64,000 nt of DNA, taken from the IMG/VR virus record IMGVR_UViG_3300003877_000001, positions 1 through 64,000 of that record; one strand, written 5' to 3'. Position 1 is the stretch's first letter, and each line of letters begins with the position of its first letter. Below are positions 8,383 through 18,399 of this stretch, piece by piece. Made by a program: the position numbers and the translations under genes. Under the pieces are notes generated by a model. That model was not told where the DNA came from and did no database searches. It saw only the letters and a list, made by a program, of their open reading frames with translations.

Positions 8383-9678
8383 TTAGAATGGTAGATCATC
8401 GTACTCTTCACTTTCTACATCATCTTCAACTGATGGTGTAAATATATGTGGTGCTTGTTCTACAACAGGTTGCGGTGCAACTTGTTCAGTAGGTGTATTA
8501 GTAAATTCTGCACCAACATCAACTGCATCATCTTTATGTGTTCCTACATCTTCTGCTGTAACATTTGTGATGTTAACATTATAAGAATCATTTACAACAT
8601 TAGCTGCTGCTACGTCTGAAGCCATCTCATAACTTTCTGTTGAATCTGCATCAAGACTTTCTGATTTTTCATTTGCTTTTACCATTAAATCTGCATCAGC
8701 AACATCTGGAAATATATATCTCTTATTATCTTGATCTCTATCATCCCAAAATGGGTCTGTACCTTTAGCAACTCTTTCAAGATATTCTGACGAAGTTAAA
8801 ACTTTCGTCATTGTTGCTTCTTTAAATACATCTCTCCAAGTAACTTGATCACTTAACCATTGATTAACTACGATATGATCATCATATAATTTACTTGGTT
8901 GTCTTGCAGTAATTGAAGAAACATCTTTATATGTGTTACCATTTGGCATTCTAGAGTCTACTACATTAATATATAAATCAGTACCTTCATTAATATCAGT
9001 TGGATTTTTTTGTTGATCTTCGTAATATAATTTAAGAGCAGGAACTAACTTATCAAGAATACCTTGATTCTTAAAGTTGTCTTTAAATCTCCAAAATTTT
9101 ACACCATCTTTTACTTTACCTCTATCGATACCACGAACAATGTGATATTTTCTAGCTTCCCACTTACCTGCTTCCTTATAAATCATAATATTCTTTTCAC
9201 GAATTGCTAATTGTGCATCATTCATAGCATCTTTCTTAATAAACTTAACACTTGTGTCAAGACGTTGCTTAATTTGTTCTGCCTTTTCACATAAAGGGCA
9301 TTTTTCGGCAACTAATACAGGATTGCCACCCTGATCTTTAATTACCATACCTTGTGCATCTAATTTAGGAACTTTAGGAGAGTTGTGTGCAGGACAGTAG
9401 ATTTTCCTCCAACCTTTACCTGCTGTTATTGCTTTATTAACAGGTACATAGTGAAAAAATGCTGATTCAATTATTTTTCTACCTTTAAGTGGTGGTAAAA
9501 TTCTAAATTGTTCAATCCCATTACGTGGGGTGAAATATTTAGCAAGAATGTCTTCTTTTGTTTGTTTAGGCTTGTTGTCCGTTGATTTATTTTCATAATC
9601 ATCAAACATTGTCATTACATCAGAGTAATCAGCACCTTGTGCCGTTCCCTGATTCGGGTTTTCATGTGTGTTTTCCAT
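8383..9678 (-). CDS. Single-stranded DNA-binding protein (T4 gp32-like)
   Basis: FRILPP, FFHY, C..H...CPLC Zn-type motif, GVKFWRF, acidic tail ending EEYDDLPF; replication context. Confidence 0.8.
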   Translation of the reverse strand: MENTHENPNQGTAQGADYSDVMTMFDDYENKSTDNKPKQTKEDILAKYFTPRNGIEQFRILPPLKGRKIIESAFFHYVPVNKAITAGKGWRKIYCPAHNSPKVPKLDAQGMVIKDQGGNPVLVAEKCPLCEKAEQIKQRLDTSVKFIKKDAMNDAQLAIREKNIMIYKEAGKWEARKYHIVRGIDRGKVKDGVKFWRFKDNFKNQGILDKLVPALKLYYEDQQKNPTDINEGTDLYINVVDSRMPNGNTYKDVSSITARQPSKLYDDHIVVNQWLSDQVTWRDVFKEATMTKVLTSSEYLERVAKGTDPFWDDRDQDNKRYIFPDVADADLMVKANEKSESLDADSTESYEMASDVAAANVVNDSYNVNITNVTAEDVGTHKDDAVDVGAEFTNTPTEQVAPQPVVEQAPHIFTPSVEDDVESEEYDDLPF

Positions 9679-9680
9679 TT

Positions 9681-9778
9681 ATTTACATTGTTATTATTTA
9701 CATTGTTATTATTTACATTGTTATTATTTACATTGTTATTATTTACATATTTACATTGTTATTATTTACATTGTTATT
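9681..9778 (-). repeat. 15-bp tandem repeat filling the SSB 5' leader
   Basis: ATTTACATTGTTATT x6 (9681, 9696, 9711, 9726, 9749, 9764) plus one 8-bp partial copy at 9741. Confidence 0.95.
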
Positions 9779-9797
9779 ACAATTTTAAATACATTTA

Positions 9798-9828
9798 CAA
9801 ATCTACAATTTTTTTCAGTGTTCTACAA
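9798..9828 (-). promoter_or_regulatory. Bacteroidota primary-sigma promoter for the SSB gene
   Basis: TTG-N20-TAGATTTG. Confidence 0.65.
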
Positions 9829-9887
9829 GTGTTTTTGAAAATAAATTAATATTTTCGTAACCTTTACTAATATAAATACGTATAACT

Positions 9888-11309
9888 TTAGTTTTGTGCA
9901 CCAGTAACACCATCGGAAACAACAGAAAATTTAATTTTTTCTTTTACATAAAAAATGTCTCCTTCTACCATTCTAACTTGAAGAGAATAGTCTTGTGGAA
10001 TTAACCACGAAGTATCTAATGTGAATTCATAACCTTTGGATGTTCTATCTACTTTAGTCCAAGGAATTACATCAAATTCATAATTATTATTCTGTGTTGA
10101 AAATAATCTATATTCGATATCAAATGTTTGATTATTATCTTGATTAGGATAAAATGCTTTAGTTTCAACAAAAATCTTTCTGAATCTACCTCGTTTGATA
10201 TTTTCACTTTCTTTAATACCACTATATGTAAAATAGTGATTATCTGATAATACTCTATTTGTATTTTCAAAGTTAAAATATTTATCTTGAGAAATCAAGT
10301 AAAATTCTTGATCAACATCTTTATTTTTTCCATTTTGTGTAATATTCCAACGATCAGTAAATAATACAGCATCTGGATATTCATCGGAATTAATATTAAG
10401 TGTTATTCTATTAACACCTTTTCTTATATTTTCAATTGATGTACCACTTACAACTGCTACTTCAATATCATTATAATCAATAATCGTAACACTGTTAACG
10501 GTAACATCTTGTAGTGTTCCACCAACATTAGAATATAAATATAATTCATTATCCTTATCTAGGTAGAAGTAATTTCTATCATCTGTAATTCTATTATCGT
10601 ATATGGTTTCAATATATGGTTCAAAAAATGTTGTTGTATCTTTAACATGGAAAGCTACAGCTTGTCTATTTAACGTTTCAAGTATTTCTAAATTATCAGG
10701 AAATTTTAAACCTAAACCATAAGTAACACCTGATGTTGTTGCTGTATATCCTGTTGAACCACTGAATAATATATCATTAATATAATCAGTTACATCAATT
10801 TCAATATCTTCATTTCCGACTTCAAAATGTTGTGATGCTAATATGTTAGTTGAACCACTAATATAACCACCTTCAACAGTCCAAGGTACATCTGTTTTTC
10901 TATCGAACCAATTAACTGCTTGATGTGGTATTTGTGGAAATTGTTCATCTATATAAACAAAATCATATCCATTTCCTTCATCCCAATCTTCATCTATATT
11001 ATATAAATCCAAATCAAAAGAAGTTGTTCTATCAGTAATGAAATCATTAAACTTTCCACCTATTCTATCTTCACTAAATCTTATTGTATTAACCATTTTA
11101 AGAACGTGTCCTACAATCATTTCTGGTTTGATAGTACCATTATCAATATAGGTTTTAAGTCCTTCTAAGTCAATATTAAATATGAATCTACTTACATCAG
11201 AATTTGGTGTACCGTAAGAAATTTCGGTAACAGGATTTTGAGAATTGTTAGTTCTATTATTCTCTATCAGCGTATTGTTTTTAAGAAAATATGATCGATA
11301 TATACTCAT
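9888..11309 (-). CDS. Putative virion structural protein
   Basis: Long ORF; start revised to MSIYRSY (11309) to avoid overlap with the upstream gene. Confidence 0.6.
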   Translation of the reverse strand: MSIYRSYFLKNNTLIENNRTNNSQNPVTEISYGTPNSDVSRFIFNIDLEGLKTYIDNGTIKPEMIVGHVLKMVNTIRFSEDRIGGKFNDFITDRTTSFDLDLYNIDEDWDEGNGYDFVYIDEQFPQIPHQAVNWFDRKTDVPWTVEGGYISGSTNILASQHFEVGNEDIEIDVTDYINDILFSGSTGYTATTSGVTYGLGLKFPDNLEILETLNRQAVAFHVKDTTTFFEPYIETIYDNRITDDRNYFYLDKDNELYLYSNVGGTLQDVTVNSVTIIDYNDIEVAVVSGTSIENIRKGVNRITLNINSDEYPDAVLFTDRWNITQNGKNKDVDQEFYLISQDKYFNFENTNRVLSDNHYFTYSGIKESENIKRGRFRKIFVETKAFYPNQDNNQTFDIEYRLFSTQNNNYEFDVIPWTKVDRTSKGYEFTLDTSWLIPQDYSLQVRMVEGDIFYVKEKIKFSVVSDGVTGAQN

Positions 11310-11341
11310 TACCTTGTATGTGATTAAGAATATTTTATTAA

Positions 11342-12520
11342 TTATGTGATTGATGTATGTAGTGCATTCTTTCCTTCTTCCCAACTATCAGTAACTTTAA
11401 TAATATCATCAAGTTCACCATTAATATCTAAAGTAACTACTACAACTTTCCAATTATCACTACCTAATGGTTGTTCTAATGATCTTAAAGCAATTTTTTT
11501 ATCTTCATAACCTTCAGGTATCCAATTACCCTTTTGATCATATTTAAATTTAATCCCTTCCATCTTGTCAACAACACCTGTTTTTTTATTTAAGTCATAG
11601 TACGATGTTTCAAACATATTTCTTTGATTTGGGTCTTTAGTTTTTTTATCCCAAGCTAATTTAACATCTCCTTTACTCCAATCACCACCAGAAATTGCAT
11701 ATTCATGATTCATTATATCATAAAGAGTATTAAAATCATGTTGTGTATAATCAATATTTTTTTCATCTAAATCTTTCAAAAATCTATTAAAAATATCATC
11801 TAATTCTTCTTCATTTTCAGTATTTACCATATTATTAATATCTGCAATTACATTTGCAGCAACATTAATAATATATTCATCATCTACATTATACATTTGA
11901 GAAACATCAGTAATGTCGTTATGTGGTATTGTTTTTAATGAATTTGAATATCTCATTTCTAATTCATTATAAATTTCTTGATGTAATTCTTCATCTGATT
12001 GTTCTTCTTTAATTATACCTTCATTTTCTAAACTATCTTTACGAGCAAAATCAGCACGACTATATTCATCTTCTCCATCAACATTAATTGCTTTTTCTGT
12101 AATATCTTCTAATACTTTACCATCAAACTGTACCTTTTGATTTAATTTTTGTAATGCATCACTTGATAATTTATATTCATTATCATTCCTATCCCATATT
12201 ACAATATCTGAAATTTCACCTTGAACATTTTCAGGATATCCACCTTCTTCAGGTTGTATTTGTGTTGCTGCTTGATATGATGGTTCATCCCATGTTATAG
12301 GATTTGCTTCAATTTGAACTGTTAATTCACCTACTTGAAATTCCTCTTCAGTAATAGTATTTTTAGAAATATAAGTAAATAATATTTTGAAAATTACACT
12401 ATCAGTTCCTACTTCATTACTTAATGTATCAACATATGATTCATTTAGATTTACCTTATTAACATTTTCGAACATCTCGAAAAGTCTTTCTTTAGTCCCT
12501 ATTTTTTTATGTATTCTCAT
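11342..12520 (-). CDS. Acidic hypothetical protein (putative head/internal protein)
   Basis: 392 aa, D/E-rich; N-terminus shared with 12524..13984. Confidence 0.6.
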   Translation of the reverse strand: MRIHKKIGTKERLFEMFENVNKVNLNESYVDTLSNEVGTDSVIFKILFTYISKNTITEEEFQVGELTVQIEANPITWDEPSYQAATQIQPEEGGYPENVQGEISDIVIWDRNDNEYKLSSDALQKLNQKVQFDGKVLEDITEKAINVDGEDEYSRADFARKDSLENEGIIKEEQSDEELHQEIYNELEMRYSNSLKTIPHNDITDVSQMYNVDDEYIINVAANVIADINNMVNTENEEELDDIFNRFLKDLDEKNIDYTQHDFNTLYDIMNHEYAISGGDWSKGDVKLAWDKKTKDPNQRNMFETSYYDLNKKTGVVDKMEGIKFKYDQKGNWIPEGYEDKKIALRSLEQPLGSDNWKVVVVTLDINGELDDIIKVTDSWEEGKNALHTSIT

Positions 12521-12523
12521 AGT

Positions 12524-13984
12524 TTAAATATCCATTACACTTTCAATTGTTACTGTTAATCTATAATAATCACCAACATCTTCAATATCCTTTCTTTCTT
12601 TAGTAACCCAACCACCAGCATTTCCCTCAACACCAGCATCACTATAACCCATATATTGTTTCATGGAATTGTACCAATTTTCGTCAAATTTTGATTTAGG
12701 AAAATCAAAAACCCAAACATCAGTACCCCCTTCAAATTTATTACTAGATGGATTACTTAATTCATTATTAAGATATTTTTCATATTTATTAATAGGGACA
12801 CCATTAATATCAATACCATTAATAGAATCTACATTTTCATCTATTGTTTTTTCATCATCATCTTCAAACTCACCATTTTTAGCTTTTTCATAAAATTCAT
12901 ATTCTTCTTCACCAGCTTCAGGGTCACCACCTTCAAGTGGATAATCCTCTTCTAGTTCTTCATCTCTCATTGAAACATTTTGTGGTGTATAATCATCAAC
13001 CCAATGCTTAGAAGGGTCTAATAGACTATCTTCAGGAGCACCCATATCTGTTTCCATTCCTTTAGCTTCAGCTTCCATAGCTTCTAATCTATCGTAGTAA
13101 TCAGAAATTTCGGTTAAATGATCCATTGCAATTTCTAATGCTTTGTGAGGATCATCCGTATGTTCCATTTCTACTTGAATACCTTTAGCAATTTGAACAG
13201 GACAAAAATCACTAGGTTGTGCATCATCTGCTAAACCACCTTCGATTTGATCAACATGTGGTTCTTCCATAGTATTTGTCATTTGTTCAACACCACCATT
13301 TTCAATTTCACCACCTAATTCTGGTGCATCTTCTGCTGCTTCATCTGGTGGGAGTGTATCCATTTCCATATCATCAGGTTCTGGTTCATCACCAAAATTT
13401 TCATCCCACGCTGGTTTTTCTTCAGCACTTTCACCATCATCATTATCTACTGGTTCTTCATCAGGATTTACATCTAATTGTGTTTCTTCAGAATTTTTAT
13501 CTACAACATCTTGATCATCTTCATCAAACGCTTCTTTAATTGGAGCATCATCACCTTTAAGTTTTTCTAATGATGGGTCTTTAACTTTTAACCTATCTTC
13601 TACTGGATAACGTATACCATCATCATATTTAGAAACTTGTGAACTTTCATCACCAACAGTCTTATCTAAATATTTTTTATCTTTTTCCTTTGGAGAATCA
13701 AATGATTCATTTGTATCAAATTTACCTATTGATGGTCTTTTTTTATAATACTTTAACTCATTATTTGCAATAAATTTACCTCCCCTATCACCCCTTACAT
13801 TAACATGACCATCTTCAAAACTTTGTATTGAAAATTGATTTCCTTCAGAATCTTCAAGTCTATCATATTGTTTTAAATCATCAATCGAAGTATTGTGGAT
13901 TTCCTCATTTAATTTAATCTTATTAACGTTTTCGAACATTTCAAAAAGTTTTTCTTTAGTGCCTATTTTTTTATGTACTCTCAT
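12524..13984 (-). CDS. Acidic protein with a DUF5661-like segment (putative head/internal protein)
   Basis: KGIQVEMEHTDDPHKALEIAMDHLTEISDYYDRL motif; very acidic linkers. Confidence 0.65.
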   Translation of the reverse strand: MRVHKKIGTKEKLFEMFENVNKIKLNEEIHNTSIDDLKQYDRLEDSEGNQFSIQSFEDGHVNVRGDRGGKFIANNELKYYKKRPSIGKFDTNESFDSPKEKDKKYLDKTVGDESSQVSKYDDGIRYPVEDRLKVKDPSLEKLKGDDAPIKEAFDEDDQDVVDKNSEETQLDVNPDEEPVDNDDGESAEEKPAWDENFGDEPEPDDMEMDTLPPDEAAEDAPELGGEIENGGVEQMTNTMEEPHVDQIEGGLADDAQPSDFCPVQIAKGIQVEMEHTDDPHKALEIAMDHLTEISDYYDRLEAMEAEAKGMETDMGAPEDSLLDPSKHWVDDYTPQNVSMRDEELEEDYPLEGGDPEAGEEEYEFYEKAKNGEFEDDDEKTIDENVDSINGIDINGVPINKYEKYLNNELSNPSSNKFEGGTDVWVFDFPKSKFDENWYNSMKQYMGYSDAGVEGNAGGWVTKERKDIEDVGDYYRLTVTIESVMDI

Positions 13985-13986
13985 AA

Positions 13987-14697
13987 TTAAAAACTGTCAG
14001 TTACTTCTTGATCTGTGTATTTAGGTAGTGTATCAAAATCAGCAACAAATGAACCATCATCAGTTTGTTTCATACCTTCACTATTTTCAACTTGTCTTCT
14101 TGCTTGAAATGAATTACCATCCCACATATCATTTAAATTATAATAAAAGGGATGTGAATCTTCCTTTTTTGACATTAATTTTTCAACATTAGTTGGTTCT
14201 CTAACTTCTTCAACTTCTTTGTTTAATCCATCAATCTTTGAATTCAACATACCTAATGTTGATTCTAAACTATTTAATTCATCATTCATTTTCTGCATTG
14301 CAGATATGCTTGACTTTAATATATTATTTTGTATTTCATCTGCTGATGGTGGTGCTGGTTCTTCTGGTATTGGTTCTTCCATACTCATTTCACCATCCAT
14401 AGCCATAGGGTCTTCAACTCCCATTTCTTCTTTTGGAAATTCACCTTCAGCAGGTACAGGTTCTTCAACAGGCAATCCTTCGTTATCCATTTGTGGTTCT
14501 TCATCTTCCATAACATTAGAATTGTTAGGAGATACAGGTGATACCGATGATGGTTCTGTCCAGATTTCTTCTGGAATACTATCATCTTCCTCTATTCCAT
14601 CAATAAGGGTATAACTAGCCTCATTCAACGTATATTTGAACAAGTATTTCATTCTATCAACGGTTTCGTTCATAGATTTCTTTTTCTCTATTGCCAT
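13987..14697 (-). CDS. Acidic coiled-coil protein (putative scaffold/head protein)
   Basis: E/P-rich linker followed by a heptad region LESTLGMLNSKIDGLNKEVEEV. Confidence 0.55.
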   Translation of the reverse strand: MAIEKKKSMNETVDRMKYLFKYTLNEASYTLIDGIEEDDSIPEEIWTEPSSVSPVSPNNSNVMEDEEPQMDNEGLPVEEPVPAEGEFPKEEMGVEDPMAMDGEMSMEEPIPEEPAPPSADEIQNNILKSSISAMQKMNDELNSLESTLGMLNSKIDGLNKEVEEVREPTNVEKLMSKKEDSHPFYYNLNDMWDGNSFQARRQVENSEGMKQTDDGSFVADFDTLPKYTDQEVTDSF

Positions 14698-14709
14698 ATT
14701 TTAAAAGTT

Positions 14710-14889
14710 TTAGTATTGCTCTCTTAATAATTGACGACCTTTACTATCTACAAATGTACGATCAATTCTCTCAATCAATCCCTCACGTTCATCTAGGATT
14801 ATTTTTTTTTCGTTCTTAATCTTTTCATCAACAACCTCTTCTTCAGTACCAAGAAAATCATTTAATACTTTTTCATTATTATCTTTCAT
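14710..14889 (-). CDS. Small hypothetical protein, 59 aa (not in ORF track)
   Basis: My translation: MKDNNEKVLNDFLGTEEE...GRQLLREQY*; AGTATTTAT motif at 14920-14928. Confidence 0.7.
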   Translation of the reverse strand: MKDNNEKVLNDFLGTEEEVVDEKIKNEKKIILDEREGLIERIDRTFVDSKGRQLLREQY

Positions 14890-14934
14890 TATTTTTTTTT
14901 TAAAATAAAGTTATTTTATATAAATACTTACAAA

Positions 14935-15251
14935 TTCATTAAATCTTCACAAACAAATAAACAATTAACTCAACCACTTCTTTTTGCAATGTTATATAGT
15001 TCAATGTCATCATTTTTAAATTCATCCAAACAATCATATTTTCTAATCAATTTATTCATTCTATTAAAATCCAATACAGTAGAACAACTCCCAATTCCAC
15101 CTGTTTTTCTTCTATTTAATTTTATTCATTTATTTTTATTACAAACTTTATATACTCTTTCAGAATTTTTTCTAAATTCATGTAAAAATTCATATTTTAG
15201 TGCTTCTAATTTACTATTTTCATACGTCCATTTTTTTATGTTATTATAGAC
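14935..15251 (-). pseudogene. Relic of a repeat-type homing endonuclease
   Basis: The frame reads KKWTYENSKLEALKYEFLHEFRKNSERVYKVCNKNK*I...YDCLDEFKNDDIELYNIAKRSG*V, resembling the repeats of 28145..29215; no ATG; two in-frame TGA codons. Confidence 0.7.
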
Positions 15252-15264
15252 TTAAACTAAAAAA

Positions 15265-15909
15265 CTAAGGTTTTAACATTAAAACTACTAGGTATCTTTT
15301 TAATTCTTCGAAAAAAGGAAAAATTTTATATTGTTTTTGATAGATAGAACCATCTATATCGTGTTTTGTTGTAATACTTCTATCAATAAGAATAGATGTT
15401 AATTTATCTAGATTAAAATTAAAATATTCATACATTTTTAAATCAATACCAAATATATTATTATTATTATCTAATATGTAAATCATTTCATCCTTATATT
15501 GAAATGTATTAAATTTTTCATTAGGTAGTATATTTTTAAAATTTTCTAAATTAGATATTTTATCAAATATGGGATCAATATTTTTATATGTATATTTACC
15601 TCTAAAATAATAATACGGTGCATTTCTAACAAACATTTCTATTCCACCTACATGTTGTGCTTTATTTTCATTGAAAGAAAATTCCCAATATAATTGATTT
15701 GATTTGATTTCTTTATTTAGAATTGATATTTTATCATGGAAATCATTGAGTGTTACTTTAAACTGATTCCACCCTACAAACAATATTGGTATATCTGTTG
15801 GTATATTTAAATCATTACCACCATTTTTCATATCAATATAATTAATATAATCAACCTTAGTATGATTAACTAATTCATCTTCATATATAATATTACCTAT
15901 TTTGAACAT
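15265..15909 (-). CDS. Hypothetical protein
   Basis: 214-aa ORF, translationally coupled to the end of the glycan operon. Confidence 0.65.
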   Translation of the reverse strand: MFKIGNIIYEDELVNHTKVDYINYIDMKNGGNDLNIPTDIPILFVGWNQFKVTLNDFHDKISILNKEIKSNQLYWEFSFNENKAQHVGGIEMFVRNAPYYYFRGKYTYKNIDPIFDKISNLENFKNILPNEKFNTFQYKDEMIYILDNNNNIFGIDLKMYEYFNFNLDKLTSILIDRSITTKHDIDGSIYQKQYKIFPFFEELKRYLVVLMLKP

Positions 15910-16688
15910 TAAATTTTATCATTATCTACAACAACAACCCCCTTTTGTGTAACAACATATGATGCACATCTGTTTGCAAAATTAATTGCAGATGCAATAT
16001 CGTTATTTTCTAGATAATCCGCAACAAAACTAGCTAAAAATGTATCACCAGCTCCTGATAAATCTCGAACTTCTGATTTGTTTTTAATTGGGTGTATTAT
16101 AGTTGTTCCTAATGTCTTATCATAATGTTTAGCACCCTCTTTTCCTAGTGTTGTTATAAGATGATTTTTAAACCCATATAACTCATCTTCATTTTCCAAA
16201 TATTCTTTTTCATTAATTTTAATGAAATTAATATCATTTGCCCAACTACCTATTTTTTTCTTAGTATCTAGAAATGTTGGTATTTTATGTCCCTTACAAT
16301 ATGTAACTATTTTAAATATAATTTCTTCATCTAAAAACCCTTTATTATAGTCAGAGATAACAACACCATCCCAATGCGTTAGTTTTAATTTACCCCAAAA
16401 ACTTTTTAATGGTTTAACTTTATCTTCAGTATCTATACGTAAAAGCATTTGATTTGATACTTCATCAACATATCTTACTTTTGTAGGTTTATCTGAATCG
16501 TTTGTAATAATATCAACATGAACATTCAATGCTAATAAATTATTTAATACATTTTCAGCCATACCTACATTACTTTCCGTATTTGTTGGTTCAAATATTG
16601 GTACTGGTGCTTCAGGACTTATTCTATTACATTTTCCATATTGGAATACATCCAAACAACTATCTCCTATTACTAATACTTTTTTCAT
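15909..16688 (-). CDS. PfkB-family sugar kinase, heptose-7-phosphate kinase (RfaE/HldE domain I)-like
   Basis: VIGDSCLD, RISPEAPVP, SDYNKG, DLSGAGDTFLA. Confidence 0.85.
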   Translation of the reverse strand: MKKVLVIGDSCLDVFQYGKCNRISPEAPVPIFEPTNTESNVGMAENVLNNLLALNVHVDIITNDSDKPTKVRYVDEVSNQMLLRIDTEDKVKPLKSFWGKLKLTHWDGVVISDYNKGFLDEEIIFKIVTYCKGHKIPTFLDTKKKIGSWANDINFIKINEKEYLENEDELYGFKNHLITTLGKEGAKHYDKTLGTTIIHPIKNKSEVRDLSGAGDTFLASFVADYLENNDIASAINFANRCASYVVTQKGVVVVDNDKI

Positions 16689-17701
16689 AATTCTTTTAGT
16701 ATTTTTACTATCTTTTCTGAAGCATGTCCATCACCAAATGGTGATTCATATTTAATAATTGAATTGTTTATATATTTTTCAAATATATCTGGTAATTCTA
16801 ATGGTGATTTAACCATTCTTGTAGAATATCCTATTGCTTCGGGTCTTTCCGTTACTTTTCTGCAAGTTAAACAAATTTTATTTAAAAAGCTACATTCTTC
16901 TTGTATCCCACCTGAATCAGTTATAACTAATCTTGAATTTACTAAAACATCTAATAGTTCATCATGATCTAATGGTTCAATTATTTTAATGTTTGGTGCA
17001 TCAATGAATACTTTATTTATTTGAACTTTTGGGTTTGGATGCATTGGAAATATAAAATTAAGATAATTATGTTTTTTTGCTATTTCATTTATTAATAAAA
17101 ACCACTCTTTCATCCAATGATGATTTTCTCTTCTATGGAGTGTAATTAAAATATCGTTGCTACCTGTAAATGTTTTTAATTTTTCTTTCCAAGGTAATAG
17201 ATTATCTAATCCTGTATTTCCCACAACATATATATCACCTTCTGTTTTTTCTCTTTCTAAGTACGTTTTAGATAAATCTGTTGGACATAAATGTATATCA
17301 GCAATTGATGACACTATACGTCTATTTGTTTCTTCTGGATATGGGTTTTTCTTATCAAATGTTCTTAATCCAGCTTCAAGATGAATTACTTTTATTTGAT
17401 GATGAAATGCAGACAATGCAACGGCTAATACTGATGTCGTATCGCCTTGTACTAAAACATATTTTAATGTTGGTTCTAATCTAATTATAGATGTTAATTC
17501 ATTCATTATTGAACTAACTATTGAATCTAAACGATTTTCACCATCTTTAATTGATATTACATAATCTGATTTAAAATCAGCAATATTTAAATGTTGACCA
17601 GTAAATAGTATTTTATAATCAATATTATTTTTTATAAACTCTTTAATTAAAGGTTTAATTTTCAAATATTCTGGTCTTGTTCCAAATGTTAATAGTATCA
17701 T
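16685..17701 (-). CDS. wecB: UDP-N-acetylglucosamine 2-epimerase
   Basis: FGTRPEYLK, TGQH, VQGDT, HLEAGLRT, PYPEE, TLHRREN, TDSGGIQEE, PFGDG. Confidence 0.93.
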   Translation of the reverse strand: MILLTFGTRPEYLKIKPLIKEFIKNNIDYKILFTGQHLNIADFKSDYVISIKDGENRLDSIVSSIMNELTSIIRLEPTLKYVLVQGDTTSVLAVALSAFHHQIKVIHLEAGLRTFDKKNPYPEETNRRIVSSIADIHLCPTDLSKTYLEREKTEGDIYVVGNTGLDNLLPWKEKLKTFTGSNDILITLHRRENHHWMKEWFLLINEIAKKHNYLNFIFPMHPNPKVQINKVFIDAPNIKIIEPLDHDELLDVLVNSRLVITDSGGIQEECSFLNKICLTCRKVTERPEAIGYSTRMVKSPLELPDIFEKYINNSIIKYESPFGDGHASEKIVKILKEL

Positions 17702-18399
17702 AAGTTTTCAATTATTTTTTTTACATATTGAATATCATCATCATTTAATTGTTTATTGGTATATAATGATTTATACCATGTTTCCGTTATCATACCACCC
17801 CTTCTAAGTATATGCCCAAAATCTAAAACATGTTTTTTATCAGTACCTAATATGATAGCACCATCATTTTTTGCAACATCTCTTAATTCCCATTCCCAAG
17901 GAGAAATTCCTAATTCAAAATATTTCATAAAATATGATGTTCTCCATACACCATAATGTAACGATAATCTATATTCCCCATTATTAGGTAATTTAATAAA
18001 ATTATAATCATTCCCATTTTTATAAATATCATTACCATATACACTTGGTGCAGCAGATGTTAAACAGATTTTTACTACTTTGTCATCATTATCCATTAAT
18101 TTTTTAAATTCATTTATCATTTCAATATTTAATTCATCAACTGCAACAATATCATCATTACCATATATAAAATATTCATCTTTAAAATCTTTAAAAAAAT
18201 TATATATATCATTAGTGAAATTATCTGCACCATTATCATTACCCAAACAAAAAAACTTCCAATTACCCATATCAAATTCAGGTTTTTTATATCCTAAAAT
18301 AGTAATGTCTAAATTTGAACCGCCAAATTTATCCATTGTATATTTATTAGCTTCTAATATATTACGATATTTATCACATGTAGGTATTATTATTTTCAT
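17698..18399 (-). CDS. Putative glycosyltransferase (GT-A-like)
   Basis: IIIPTCDKY N-terminus, YGNDD, SPWEWE; glycan-cluster context. Confidence 0.55.
   Translation of the reverse strand: MKIIIPTCDKYRNILEANKYTMDKFGGSNLDITILGYKKPEFDMGNWKFFCLGNDNGADNFTNDIYNFFKDFKDEYFIYGNDDIVAVDELNIEMINEFKKLMDNDDKVVKICLTSAAPSVYGNDIYKNGNDYNFIKLPNNGEYRLSLHYGVWRTSYFMKYFELGISPWEWELRDVAKNDGAIILGTDKKHVLDFGHILRRGGMITETWYKSLYTNKQLNDDDIQYVKKIIENL

Noticed and set aside
9681-9778. Possible CRISPR array
   Set aside because: The units are contiguous 15-bp repeats with no unique spacers, and no cas operon is adjacent. The PD-(D/E)XK gene at 48147 is a stand-alone exonuclease.
9582-9849. Plus-strand ORFs 9582..9788 and 9637..9849
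   Set aside because: Artefacts of the stop-free 15-bp repeat (IVIIY / FTLLL) that overlap the SSB gene antisense.
14989-15249. Plus-strand 86-aa ORF
   Set aside because: It is the antisense shadow of the minus-strand endonuclease relic.
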